Of a DNA stretch of 64,000 bases, positions 39,516 to 49,293 are shown in pieces. Positions within the stretch are counted from its first letter, which is position 1; every line of letters begins with the position of its first letter. A program made the translations under genes and the position numbers. The notes under the pieces are model-generated. The model was not told the DNA's origin. It ran no database searches and was given only the letters and a program-made list of their open reading frames with translations. The DNA comes from Deltaproteobacteria bacterium HGW-Deltaproteobacteria-15 (GTDB lineage: Bacteria; Desulfobacterota; DSM-4660; Desulfatiglandales; HGW-15). Location: NCBI GenBank assembly GCA_002840535.1, contig PHBH01000026.1, positions 11,083 to 75,082 of the forward strand, read 5' to 3'.

Positions 39516-39822
39516 GGCAGGCTCCTTGGGTGAGGGTTTAGAGGCGAGATTCCGAACCATATAGAGGCCCCGAGGGTAGTGGCCTCAGGGTTACAGGCAG
39601 ATTCTAAGTGGCTTCTCCATGAGCGGCTCCAGGTGTAGCCAAAGGGTAGGACGCAGATGAAGGTACAGGAAAACCCGAATGGAGTCAAGTTATTGCCGCC
39701 TGTGAACCTCGAGAACTTGACTCCACTCCTATTAAACCTTAGGGTTTCCATTGAAAATTCTTTGCAAATAAGGACCATTGATGTAAATAGAGGCAGGCTG
39801 AGCTTGCGGAACGGAGAGTCAA

Positions 39823-40500
39823 ATGAAAATTACATATAATTTTACCTCCTTAGTTGCAATAGGCAATTTTAATCCCGCGATTGTATCGGTTGATTTCCTA
39901 AAGAGAGTTTGCAAGTTGGATTTCGGTGAATTTGTAGGTGAAAGCCCTAAAGGATTTCCGGTGGTGAAGAGCATTAATTATTCAAAGGTTGAAGTATATG
40001 TCGATTTGAATAGATTTAGCTTACGAAGTCCCAATTTTGATGAAAAGACATTAATTGAGTTGACGGGAGCTTTTGAGGTTTACTACGAAAAACTGCCTTA
40101 TACCCCTATTCAAGCTGTTGGAATCAACGTAAACTGCAATCTCTCGTTTGAAGATACGACCGAACAGGCTAAAATAAAAAGTATGGTAACGGAACCACAA
40201 ACGTACAGGGACTTTTTGCATTCAAACCAAGTCATTGTTATTGAAAACTTCCTGTCAATGCCTACCGAAGAGGAGTGGATAAAGTCAAGCTACCGTATCA
40301 ATAAAGAGGATGATTTGAGCCGCTCGATAGAATGCCAACGCAAAGACAACATCATCACTCTTAACTATAATTGGGAAGCGGGAGATCTATCCTCTAGCGA
40401 AAGCGCTCGAGCAAAGCTTCTCAAGATGCTTTCTGACAGCTCCGAACTTCATGCTGAATTTAGAGGTTTCATCAAACATGTTGAAGGAGATTCCAAATGA
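39823..40500 (+). CDS. hypothetical protein, gene 1 of a coupled three-gene operon
   Basis: 225 aa. GGAGAG before the ATG. AT-rich relative to its surroundings. No family recognised. Confidence 0.55.
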   Translation: MKITYNFTSLVAIGNFNPAIVSVDFLKRVCKLDFGEFVGESPKGFPVVKSINYSKVEVYVDLNRFSLRSPNFDEKTLIELTGAFEVYYEKLPYTPIQAVGINVNCNLSFEDTTEQAKIKSMVTEPQTYRDFLHSNQVIVIENFLSMPTEEEWIKSSYRINKEDDLSRSIECQRKDNIITLNYNWEAGDLSSSESARAKLLKMLSDSSELHAEFRGFIKHVEGDSK

Positions 40501-41027
40501 CTGAGTCCCCCATAATACCGAAAGAAAAGCTGTCGAATGAGGACTACATAGCACTTTACTTGTCGCCAATATCTGGGGATGCTATTTCACAGACGAACCC
40601 AACAGTGAGAATTGAAAACACTCAACCTACTACTACAGCCTTCTATGGACTTATGTTCAGGGAAGATATTGCTAGTTCCTTTGTATCCCTCGATGAAATC
40701 TATAGAGAATGTTCTGAAGAGGGATGGGACGGATATAATTCAAAACCCTTAATGAAAGAAGCTTATCTCTTGGCGAATAAGTTACTTCACAACCTACCTC
40801 CATTCTTCCCAGCGCCGGAAATAATTGCTGAACCGGAAGGCGGAATCGGATTTGAATGGTACAAAGAAAAAGGGTACTCGCTTATACTGAGCATCAGGAA
40901 TGAGCAGAACTTAATCTATGCGGGTACTTTCGGAGATGCCAGTGAGGTTTCTGGAACTGAGCGCTATGGTGAGTCTTTACCAGAATTGATCCTATTTCTC
41001 CTGAAACGGTTATACCCGTCCAAATGA
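40497..41027 (+). CDS. hypothetical protein, gene 2 of the coupled operon
   Basis: The start overlaps gene 1's stop (TCCAAATGA). 176 aa. Confidence 0.55.
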   Translation: MTESPIIPKEKLSNEDYIALYLSPISGDAISQTNPTVRIENTQPTTTAFYGLMFREDIASSFVSLDEIYRECSEEGWDGYNSKPLMKEAYLLANKLLHNLPPFFPAPEIIAEPEGGIGFEWYKEKGYSLILSIRNEQNLIYAGTFGDASEVSGTERYGESLPELILFLLKRLYPSK

Positions 41028-41413
41028 TTATCTTGAAGGCGAATATCCCCTCGCATGATGAGAACATCTCTCGCTTTATTTTCAGCAAGAGCCATTACGT
41101 CAAGACGACTGGAAGAGTGAAGTATGCTGCTTTTCTTCCATTGGAAGGTAAAACCTCAGTGTTCAGAACCTCATGTTTGACAGAATCAGAGATTTGGACG
41201 ATCGGTAAGCAAGTAGGGATTGAAAGCGGGAGAGGATTGAAAGCAAGAGGAGATTTATCTGTTAAGGAGGTTACGGAAGAGAGTCTTTTAGTGGTATCTG
41301 AAACCTCCCAACATCCCCTTCATGCGGACATCGTAAATTGGCCTATGGAGGAAGCAAGAAACATTTTATTGGCAAAGAAGCTGGCTGACAAAGCAAAGGG
41401 TGTCTGCCTTTAG
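41024..41413 (+). CDS. hypothetical protein, gene 3 of the coupled operon
   Basis: The start overlaps gene 2's stop (again TCCAAATGA). 129 aa. Confidence 0.55.
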   Translation: MIILKANIPSHDENISRFIFSKSHYVKTTGRVKYAAFLPLEGKTSVFRTSCLTESEIWTIGKQVGIESGRGLKARGDLSVKEVTEESLLVVSETSQHPLHADIVNWPMEEARNILLAKKLADKAKGVCL

Positions 41414-41515
41414 TAATCGTCTTCTGTTCATAGTCCAATTATTCCAGTTGTTCTTATAGTGTTCGTCAATATGACATCTAAAGGAATTTCCATTTCAGTC
41501 GTTCAATTCTTCCTC

Positions 41516-41574
41516 CACTCCCTCGGACTCTCATACTTACTTCCTTGGTTCCACATCCCCCGCCTTGCCTGCCG
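41516..41574 (-). repeat. remnant of a thermonuclease gene 3-prime end
   Basis: 49 of 59 positions identical to 46949-47007 (hand alignment). The minus strand reads RQARRGMWNQGSKYESPREW versus RQAKRGMWVQGSRYVSPREW in the intact gene. Confidence 0.75.
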
Positions 41575-41621
41575 TTAAGGCTCCCGGCCGGATCCAGGCA
41601 GGCTAATTTGAAATTCCTGGG

Positions 41622-41933
41622 CTAGAACTCCAGGTACGTTGCCAGTATCTCTTCCCACAGGCTCCGGAGACTCGCCTCGAACTCCTTCACCTGCTCGAGT
41701 GGGTTCTCCTTCGCGTTCTTCTCCTCTATGTGATGATATAACGCCTTGTTCCACCCCTCGCTGTACGCCAGCATCATCTCTTTTTCCCGGTCCCTGACGA
41801 ACTCCTCCAGCCGGGCGCTCTTTCTCAGTTGCCGGAACAGTTGGGGATTCTTCTCCTGCAGCGCGTCCTTGATCATCTGCCGGCGCTGTTTCGCTCGGTT
41901 CTCGCCTTCCAGTGTCAGCGGGTTCATGGCCAT
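41622..41933 (-). CDS. small helical hypothetical protein downstream of the restriction helicase
   Basis: ATG 6 nt after GAGGAG. 103 aa, charged and helical. Confidence 0.5.
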   Translation of the reverse strand: MAMNPLTLEGENRAKQRRQMIKDALQEKNPQLFRQLRKSARLEEFVRDREKEMMLAYSEGWNKALYHHIEEKNAKENPLEQVKEFEASLRSLWEEILATYLEF

Positions 41934-42085
41934 TTCAAACTCCTCGCTATCTGAAGTTCGCCGGCAAGTCCCTCGGCCTCGGATACTCCAGCAGTCCCGC
42001 GCCCAGTCGGCTGTGCAACTGCTCCAGGACCACCTCGCCATTATCAGCGGGTCGTTCCTTTCCTTTATGCCGAGAGAGAACCTGA

Positions 42086-44629
42086 TCAGTTCGGCTGTGC
42101 CTTCTCGGTCTTGGCCGTGCTGACGTTCTCAAACACCTTCAGCGCATCCTTCCGGGTAATCACTGTGTCGTAAAGGCCGATGTCCTCGCCTTCGTGCTTG
42201 TTGATTCCGGTATAGCTCAGGCTGCAATCTTCATAGCGCTTGAACTTGTACACAGCATCGTTCATAAGGGCGCTGTTGAAGACTCCCATGCTGACCAGCA
42301 ACTCAAAATCCTTCACTATCAGGCCCGTAACCTTCTTGAACAGCCCTGGTTCAAGTTGGGTAATCACATCCTTCAGGGTCCGCTCGCGGTAGTCGGTCAG
42401 GTACATGAAGATCGGGATCCGCGTGGCGAATTTGATGAGTTTCTCCTGGATCTTCTTTCGCAGGCTCGTGTATTCCTTTTCCTCCTTGGAAAGCTCCTTC
42501 TTCTCCTTTGCGGACAGTTCCTTGTCGTTGGCCTCCTTGCGGGCCTTCTTCACGGCTTCCGACTTGTTGATGATCGTCTCGATGTCCTGATTAAGATTGC
42601 GGAAACCTTCGATGCTCATGAGGGCTTCCATCGCCTTTTTGTTGTTCATCAGGCGACGCAAGGTGTCGGTGTCCACATTCACCAGCAAGGCGCTTTCCCA
42701 GCGCCTTGCGAGTAGGGTTGCCGTCGTGCCGCTCATCGCTATGTCGAGGATCCCGGCGGCATCAATCTGCTTCATGGAACTGCCGTCGTAAGCCAAAACC
42801 GGCAGGAAGCTGATGAACTCCTCCACCTTCTTTTCCGCATTCGCCTCGTTTGTGTTCAACCGGCAACTGTAGTCGACAATCTGCCGCAAGGCTCGGTCCG
42901 GGGCGAAGTCGAACACGTAGCACTCCTCTTTGATAATCTGCTCGTAGTTCGGAGACGCGCCGTCCGGGTTGCGAACCGTCCAGGGCGATTGAACTCGGAA
43001 AGCCGCCTGAAAGTACGTTTCGGGGCTGGACGAGTTGCGCAACATGAGAATCCCCGTCCACGGCTTCACCGTCACGCCAGTAGTTAGCTTCCCACAAGAG
43101 AGAGTGATGGTCTTTGATGTGAGGGGATCGTCCATCGCCTCCTGCACCGGCGTCAAAGCCGCTACACCAATTCCGGCGGCGCTCCCAGCCGCCACGATGA
43201 TTTTGTAATCGTGGTAGAACCGGTTCTGCTTCTTCGACAGTAGATTGCGCATGGCGTGACAGGCCGCCACGCTCGGCAGGAACCAGAAGGAATGCGAAAG
43301 CACGCCTAGGAGCCGCGCATCCGAGAAAGGCATCGGCGGCTTCTTCGCCCCGAGTTTCAGGTTGTCAACGCTGGTCGGCATGAACGCGCCCCGAATCAGG
43401 TCCAGCCACTTCTGGACTTCTTCCTCGTACTTGAACTTTGCCTGCTTGCCGAGTCCTTCGGCGGAAAAGAAAACATTCAAGTCGAACTCGTTGAACTCGC
43501 CCTGCATGGCAATTTCCCGGATTGCATCCGGCAGTTGGTACGTCAGGAGCACCATCCGGGGCAAAGCGGCATAGGGGTTGTTTGTGCCTTTCCAATTCCT
43601 TTTTGCCCGCTGTTCGTCTGAATAGGTCCAGTTGTAGATTTGTTCCTCGATGAACTCGCCGGAAGCGATAGCTCGAAACGGTGTGCCGGACAGGTAAAGA
43701 TAACCTTCCGTAGTGATCGGCATGATGTCTTCGTCAAAATCCTCAATGCCTTCGCCCTCAGCGAACTCGCGCTCCTTCTTGTCTTCCGACTCAAAAAGTT
43801 CCTTCGCATTCTCCCGCCATGCGCCATAGTGGTACTCATCCAGTATGACGCAATCCCAATGCGTCGAGTGGACCCATTCGTTTTTCGTCTTGATGCCGCC
43901 CGTGCTGAGGTTCCGGCCCAGATAGTCCTGAAACGATCCGAAACAGACGAACGGCCGTTTTCTGTCCGCCTGTTCGTAAGTCAGTCCGCCGGGTTTTATG
44001 AATTGCCAACCCTTGAAATCAACGTGACACTTCAAGTCCTCTTCCCAGGCGCTTTGCACCGCCGGTTTGAAGGTCAAGACCAGCACCTTCCGCCAGCCCA
44101 TCATCTTCGCCAACTGATAGACAGCAAATGTCTTCCCAAAACGCATCTTGGCGTTCCAAAGGAAATGCGGCGGCTTGTTCCTGTTGTTCTTGTCCCTGCG
44201 CCAATTGACGAAGTAGGCCGACGTCCTCTCGACCGCCGCTTGCTGCTCGGGGCGCATCTTGAAATCTAACGACCGGTTCTCTTCGTTAAGTTGGCCGGTC
44301 CGAACGGCGATGATCGCCCCCTTGGCTTGGGCAACCGTGCAACGGAACCACTCGCCTTCCGGGTTCTTGACGCCGTTGAGCCGCAGCATCCGATGTACAT
44401 CGTGATCGGTAAATACAGTTCCGTCTCTGCGCATGGCTGATTCTTCCAGAACGATCCGGTACGGCGGTTTGCCGGGTCTCTTTGTGGGATACTGCTGGGC
44501 GACGCGGCTCTGTGCATCCACCGTTGTATAGCCAACCTTGAGAAGGCCTGCATATTGCAGGTTCGTATCCTCGTAAGCGTAGATCGTAGGCCGCGATGCC
44601 GGGCGAGGCGGAAAGAGATCGTTATTCAT
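42086..44629 (-). CDS. restriction-type SF2 helicase with N-terminal GIY-YIG-like (T5orf172) domain
   Basis: N-terminus LLKVGYTT...DVHRML...GEWFRC (T5orf172/GIY-YIG-like). Helicase motif I FGKTF and motif II ILDEYH. Start trimmed to MNNDLF, overlapping the methylase stop. Confidence 0.8.
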   Translation of the reverse strand: MNNDLFPPRPASRPTIYAYEDTNLQYAGLLKVGYTTVDAQSRVAQQYPTKRPGKPPYRIVLEESAMRRDGTVFTDHDVHRMLRLNGVKNPEGEWFRCTVAQAKGAIIAVRTGQLNEENRSLDFKMRPEQQAAVERTSAYFVNWRRDKNNRNKPPHFLWNAKMRFGKTFAVYQLAKMMGWRKVLVLTFKPAVQSAWEEDLKCHVDFKGWQFIKPGGLTYEQADRKRPFVCFGSFQDYLGRNLSTGGIKTKNEWVHSTHWDCVILDEYHYGAWRENAKELFESEDKKEREFAEGEGIEDFDEDIMPITTEGYLYLSGTPFRAIASGEFIEEQIYNWTYSDEQRAKRNWKGTNNPYAALPRMVLLTYQLPDAIREIAMQGEFNEFDLNVFFSAEGLGKQAKFKYEEEVQKWLDLIRGAFMPTSVDNLKLGAKKPPMPFSDARLLGVLSHSFWFLPSVAACHAMRNLLSKKQNRFYHDYKIIVAAGSAAGIGVAALTPVQEAMDDPLTSKTITLSCGKLTTGVTVKPWTGILMLRNSSSPETYFQAAFRVQSPWTVRNPDGASPNYEQIIKEECYVFDFAPDRALRQIVDYSCRLNTNEANAEKKVEEFISFLPVLAYDGSSMKQIDAAGILDIAMSGTTATLLARRWESALLVNVDTDTLRRLMNNKKAMEALMSIEGFRNLNQDIETIINKSEAVKKARKEANDKELSAKEKKELSKEEKEYTSLRKKIQEKLIKFATRIPIFMYLTDYRERTLKDVITQLEPGLFKKVTGLIVKDFELLVSMGVFNSALMNDAVYKFKRYEDCSLSYTGINKHEGEDIGLYDTVITRKDALKVFENVSTAKTEKAQPN

Positions 44630-46175
44630 CGGTCGGCTCCATCGGGCGGACAACCTTTTCGATGAACGCGATCTCACCAGCGGAGATGCCATATTTCGCG
44701 TAGAGGTTTTCGTCCGTCCACCGCTTCGTCCACTTCTGGGTTGGCACGAAGGAGTAAACCTTGCGAGTCGTGTCTTGGGATGGCTTATGCAGAAGAATCA
44801 GGAGGCGAGTTAACCGACAAGAAAGGTAGGACAACACGCTTTCAGCCTGATTCTTGGAGTCGAACGGGCCAATGCAGAGATAGGTCTCCGAAGAGATGGT
44901 GCCCGGCGCTCCGAGGAACGGTGTGCTTATGATCTTGTGCGGGTAGGTGTCTCTGTTCCCAGTCCCTGGAGCAGCCCGGCCAGTGAACACCTTCCATTTA
45001 TTGATGAGGGGGATGCCAGTTGAAATCGACCTTCTGGAGACGTATGCAGTGCCGCCATTCTGATAGACGAGGACATCACCGGTGCTCTTGGCAATTTTGC
45101 CCTTGAAAGTCGTCTCTAGCCCGAACGGCTTTCGAGAGCTGACCAATCGGTCGAAACGTTTGCTTTCAGGGAGCGAAAGCGAGCCGGGTTTTCCGTTCTC
45201 AGCGGCGACGACCTTCTTGAGGATCGACAGGCCCTCATTGAAGCGGATGAATACGTCAACGCCCCTTTCAAGAAGCGGACGGCTGGCGGTCGAGATAGGC
45301 CAATCCTTGTAATGAGTGGTGACTCGGCAGGGTCCGGGATTGTCGCGGTCCCAGAGGAAGTAGCAAACGCCACCCTTGAGACCCACGCCAGGAAAGACAT
45401 CCGATGCGCTCAGATAATCGTCAATGGAGCGCAACCGGTCATCAGCGAGCATCGACTCCCGGAACTCATCTAAGCCCTTTCCTCCCGCAAACCAACGGGA
45501 GGGAATAATCATGGCCAGGAATCGCGGCTTCAGTTTTTTCGCCTGTTCAACGAACAGATGGTAGATCGGACGGGCGCTCTCTCCAAAACCAGCATCGCTC
45601 AACTGGTAAGGGGGATTGCCAATGATGACATCAAATTTCATGCTGAATATCTCCTCCGGCTTGTCGGTATGAATGAACGCGTAGGCGTGACTTTCGAGTT
45701 CGCCACCCCTTTCGTAGTTCTCCTTGCTGGCCCCGCACAAAACGCAACGGCCGTCCTCCCAAGAATGCTCAACGCGCCCAAAACGGATGTTCCCCTCAGG
45801 GTTGTCGAAGGCTTCGCATACCGAATACTTGCCGTTGGCCGTCTTGGAGCAATACACGGACCGGCGCGAAAGCAGCGAGGTCAATTCCGTGATGCCGAGT
45901 CCGAAAAGCTGGTTCTTGAAGATGTAGTTCATCCGCTTCTGGCGGTCGGGGATTTGCCGCTCCAGTCCTTTATCCAGCCGCTTCGCGATCTCACGGAGAA
46001 ACACGCCCGACTTACTGCCAGGATCGAGGAAGGTCGCCTTCTTGTCGCTCCACAGGTCCGCCGGCAGCAGGTCAAGAATCCGGTTTACCGGTTGCGGCGG
46101 CGTGAAGACCTCATCACTGCTCAGGTTGGCGATACAGGAAAGCACATCCGGGTTGTATCCGCTACTGTTGAACAT
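44622..46175 (-). CDS. N6-adenine DNA methyltransferase (Eco57I-like, NPPY)
   Basis: [21 protein letters not shown]-terminus. Motif [13 protein letters not shown]. Motif [10 protein letters not shown]. Start trimmed to [11 protein letters not shown]. Confidence 0.8.
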   Translation of the reverse strand: MFNSSGYNPDVLSCIANLSSDEVFTPPQPVNRILDLLPADLWSDKKATFLDPGSKSGVFLREIAKRLDKGLERQIPDRQKRMNYIFKNQLFGLGITELTSLLSRRSVYCSKTANGKYSVCEAFDNPEGNIRFGRVEHSWEDGRCVLCGASKENYERGGELESHAYAFIHTDKPEEIFSMKFDVIIGNPPYQLSDAGFGESARPIYHLFVEQAKKLKPRFLAMIIPSRWFAGGKGLDEFRESMLADDRLRSIDDYLSASDVFPGVGLKGGVCYFLWDRDNPGPCRVTTHYKDWPISTASRPLLERGVDVFIRFNEGLSILKKVVAAENGKPGSLSLPESKRFDRLVSSRKPFGLETTFKGKIAKSTGDVLVYQNGGTAYVSRRSISTGIPLINKWKVFTGRAAPGTGNRDTYPHKIISTPFLGAPGTISSETYLCIGPFDSKNQAESVLSYLSCRLTRLLILLHKPSQDTTRKVYSFVPTQKWTKRWTDENLYAKYGISAGEIAFIEKVVRPMEPTDE

Positions 46176-46860
46176 GGGCGATCTCCATAAAGTGAACCGC
46201 GGGATATTCCTTCTTCGGCCTCGGGATGAATACCTTTTCACCAAGATCGGAGAAGAGGGGGAGTCGTCCGGCTCTTTCCTTTTCCAAATCAGGGAAGAGA
46301 AAGGTTTGTCTTGTTTCCTTATGCCGTAGCAATTCGCTAAAAGTGAAGTCCCTCCGCTTGAGCATGCTCCCGTTAACCGGCGACCACTCGGAAAAGACGA
46401 TGTAGTCGGGGGGGTCGCAAACCATTTTAAGTGTGAGTGCGTCGCCCCAGATAATGTTTCGGTCGAGAATGAACCGGACCGTTTCGCGGCATTTGTTCTT
46501 GGCGCGGTTCTTGAACAGCCGGGAATAAAAATCGCAGTCGAAGAGGCCGTAAAGCCGATGACGACATTGCCGGACGTTGTCCTCTAGGATGTCAATGCCA
46601 TAGATCGAAGTGATGGCCAGAATGGAGTAGCGCTCAAAGTCCAGTTGCGACTTACCGTAGCGCTTTTCCACAACCGCCAACTTCCGTTCCAGAATTACAG
46701 ATAGGAAGTTGCCGTTGCCGCAAGCAGGCTCTAGGAAACGGGAGTCGATCCGCAGTGTCTCCTGCTTCACCAGATCGAGCATGGCGTTGACCTCGTGTTT
46801 CCCGGTCAACACCTCGCCATGATCAGCGACTCGCTTTTTCGATATGATTTGCGATTTCAT
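46162..46860 (-). CDS. short methyltransferase-like protein with apparently degenerate catalytic motifs
   Basis: Motif [13 protein letters not shown] is present. GEVLTG replaces the usual GEVFTP, and no canonical (D/N)PP(Y/F) is seen (only CDPPDY). Confidence 0.6.
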   Translation of the reverse strand: MKSQIISKKRVADHGEVLTGKHEVNAMLDLVKQETLRIDSRFLEPACGNGNFLSVILERKLAVVEKRYGKSQLDFERYSILAITSIYGIDILEDNVRQCRHRLYGLFDCDFYSRLFKNRAKNKCRETVRFILDRNIIWGDALTLKMVCDPPDYIVFSEWSPVNGSMLKRRDFTFSELLRHKETRQTFLFPDLEKERAGRLPLFSDLGEKVFIPRPKKEYPAVHFMEIAHVQQ

Positions 46861-46902
46861 TGCTTATTTCCTCTAGTCGAGAGGACTCAATTGGCATCCG
46901 TA

Positions 46903-47433
46903 TTAGCCGAGCGGGAAGGTCTTCAATTTACGCTTCTGAAACTCACGCCACTCCCTCGGACTCACATACCTGCTCCCCTGAACCCACATCCCCCGCTTCG
47001 CCTGCCGGGCTTCCTCTTCAGCCTGCCGGGAAGGATCCCGGTCAAACCCATGCGGTGGATCCCCGCGGTAGACCTCCGCAAAACCGACTTTCACCATCTC
47101 CAGGTTTATGTTCTTGCCATCAAGCGAGATCACCCCGAGAACGCGGCCATACCGATCGGTGCCATACCCTTTGACGTCCACGGTCTTGTTCAGGACCATT
47201 GCGGCAAGGTACTTGGTAGCCTGTCTACTGAAGGGCTGACCCTCTTCTCTCTTCTTGCTGGAAGCTTCAGGTGCATCGATTCCAACCAGGCGGACCTTGA
47301 TTTCGATGTCATGCCCTTCGGCTTTGATCGTGTCTCCGTCGTAAACGCGGGTGACTTTGAACTGGCCGGCATAGCCAACCAGCGGAATGAGTAAGACGGT
47401 TAAGAAAACGGCCCATCTTGCGAAAGCCTTCAT
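46903..47433 (-). CDS. secreted thermonuclease (staphylococcal nuclease homologue)
   Basis: Signal peptide MKAFARWAVFLTVLLIPLVGYA. SNase motifs DGDTIK, VRLVGIDAPE and TDRYGRVLG. Start trimmed to the internal ATG. Confidence 0.85.
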   Translation of the reverse strand: MKAFARWAVFLTVLLIPLVGYAGQFKVTRVYDGDTIKAEGHDIEIKVRLVGIDAPEASSKKREEGQPFSRQATKYLAAMVLNKTVDVKGYGTDRYGRVLGVISLDGKNINLEMVKVGFAEVYRGDPPHGFDRDPSRQAEEEARQAKRGMWVQGSRYVSPREWREFQKRKLKTFPLG

Positions 47434-47687
47434 GATCTCCCTAGGAAAACCAGCTTGATTATCTACATCAGCACGATTGCCGACATGATGAGCATCCAGA
47501 TCCACTTTTGCTTCTTTGAATCCTTGTCGTTGCCCATGTTTTAAGGCCACACAGAGAGGCTTGCCCTCATTAGACGGCTGCAATTACCATCAGTCCACAA
47601 ACCACCATGCAACCTAGCAGGACCAATGCTCTTTTCCTTCCAAGTCTGTTAAGATCCTCGACCATCATATCAATCATGACAAGCACC

Positions 47688-48233
47688 TCATTTCAGTATG
47701 GCTGAGACGATATCCCTGTAGATGTTGAAGGTGATTCTATCCTCTTTGCCCCGCTCTATATGGCCTATTGAATTTCGATGATGACCCACCAGTTCTGCAA
47801 ATTGCACCTGGGTCAATCCCTGCCTTCTTCTGTATTCACGAACAAGTCTCCCGAGATCCTCAGGAGCCAAGGTCAGAATTGATAAGTTATGCCATGCCTC
47901 ACGCGGCATCTCAACCAGAACATTTCCAGAAGGGGCATCTTGGATCTTTCGGAGGGCCTTACCGAAACCGACTTTGCTTTTCTTAGAGAGCCATTCGTGA
48001 AGAGGCAATTCATCTATTCTCTTTCCAGCACAGAGGGGGCATCCGCTTCCACGGGTTCTGGTGTAGGCTCTCGTTCTCCATTCATGGCCCTTCTCACATA
48101 CCCACCAAATCATTTTCTGAGACATAGGGGTAATGTCTCGAGGTTTCAATTCCCCGTTCTTCTCGGGATGCCATTCCTCCAGGAGATGAGGATTTGCAGT
48201 CAGGAAATTGTAGGTCTCTGTGGCTCTTCCCAT
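47688..48233 (-). CDS. zinc-ribbon (DUF4379-like) plus XRE-family HTH protein
   Basis: N-terminus NPHLLEEWHPEKN...IWWVCEKGHEW...GSGCPLC. C-terminus RRRQGLTQVQFAELVGHHRNSIGHIERG. Confidence 0.7.
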   Translation of the reverse strand: MGRATETYNFLTANPHLLEEWHPEKNGELKPRDITPMSQKMIWWVCEKGHEWRTRAYTRTRGSGCPLCAGKRIDELPLHEWLSKKSKVGFGKALRKIQDAPSGNVLVEMPREAWHNLSILTLAPEDLGRLVREYRRRQGLTQVQFAELVGHHRNSIGHIERGKEDRITFNIYRDIVSAILK

Positions 48234-48235
48234 CG

Positions 48236-49036
48236 TTACTCAACCACCCGAAGTGAATAATTCGGTTTCAGCTTCTCCCATAGTTTCTTAATGATCAGGA
48301 AGGAAGCACTGTCTGCATCCAAATCCTTTTTCCCAGCTGCAAGACGGCAGGAATTCATCAAGGCAACGTTCCCAAGAGAAAGCTCGAACTTGTCCCGTAT
48401 CCATGCACCGAGTTCAGGATGCAGGTAAATCAGTTCCCCCTCAGCCATCCTTGCAAGCTTGGTCTTCGCTTTCATGTCCATCTTTCCAAGGAGGGTCTCC
48501 AGGGCTTCCTCGATGGTCCTTGGCAAAATGGGGGATTCTCGCTGAGGGTCTGGCATCTCCTCGTCCACAGTGGCCATGTGGTAGAAGGCTTTCAGGACTT
48601 TGAGGGTCTCTTGGTAGATCTTCGGATCCCTGCTTGCCCGGGGACCGACGACGTTCAACACTTCGATTCCGTAAGCAGAGATCCAGTTGATAATCTTGCC
48701 CGCAGCAAGAAAGGCATTCGTCTTGGCCAGATCGATATGGAGGCAAGGTCGTTTTTGTTCTTCGGCCATCTTCTTGGTCCTGAGAGAACCGCCTGCAAGC
48801 TTCCCGTGTGAAATGATCAGAGTTCCATGAGATTCGAGGATGTTCTTTTCCGTTCGGGCGGGATAACTGGAGGTTGGCATCTCCTGGACGTTGTACTTCT
48901 CGGGGATGATCCCGTCTTCGGCCTTCCTCCCCTTGGGGACCCATCCGCCATGAGGGATGCTTACTTCAATGGCGAAGTCGAGAGCTGCACGGTCGGCACC
49001 GGTTTGGGCGCCTGAGATGATCTTTGTGATTCTCAT
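48236..49036 (-). CDS. cpYpsA-type SLOG-domain protein (formerly 'putative molybdenum carrier') with C-terminal DUF6794-like domain
   Basis: ISGAQTGADRAALDFA...GGWVPKGR...NVVGPRAS is the circularly permuted YpsA/SLOG signature. C-terminal LHPELGAWIRDKFEL...DADSASFLIIKKLWEKL. Confidence 0.7.
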   Translation of the reverse strand: MRITKIISGAQTGADRAALDFAIEVSIPHGGWVPKGRKAEDGIIPEKYNVQEMPTSSYPARTEKNILESHGTLIISHGKLAGGSLRTKKMAEEQKRPCLHIDLAKTNAFLAAGKIINWISAYGIEVLNVVGPRASRDPKIYQETLKVLKAFYHMATVDEEMPDPQRESPILPRTIEEALETLLGKMDMKAKTKLARMAEGELIYLHPELGAWIRDKFELSLGNVALMNSCRLAAGKKDLDADSASFLIIKKLWEKLKPNYSLRVVE

Positions 49037-49293
49037 GAGCGCTTCTTAGTCTGGTACTCCGTTTGGTCCTGCTTCTAATGCCTTTCTCGATGAGTAGTTG
49101 CGAGAGGGCATCGACATGGATCATTCTTGCCATGAGAAGTTCCTCGAAGGGAATCTCTTCTCTCTATTCGGGTGGTTATTTCAGATCCATGGCCGACGGC
49201 TTCAGATCATACAGGGTTTCGAGGCTGTTCACCATGTCCGAGTCCAGACTGTGGCCACTGCTCGCCCCCACGAACCGATTGAGAACCTCACAA

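Noticed and set aside
27313-49036. Canonical Thoeris (TIR ThsB plus SLOG ThsA).
   Set aside because: The TIR and SLOG-fold genes are about 20 kb apart on opposite strands, with many genes between. The SLOG protein is a cpYpsA type without a Sir2 or TM effector domain. Not a Thoeris operon.
49037-49293. Possible small minus-strand gene between the PD-(D/E)xK-like gene and the SLOG gene (…EELLMARMIHVDALSQLLIEKGI…).
   Set aside because: The reading frame runs into the SLOG gene out of frame, and the plausible helical motif is broken after about 25 codons. It could be a decayed small gene, but it cannot be supported.
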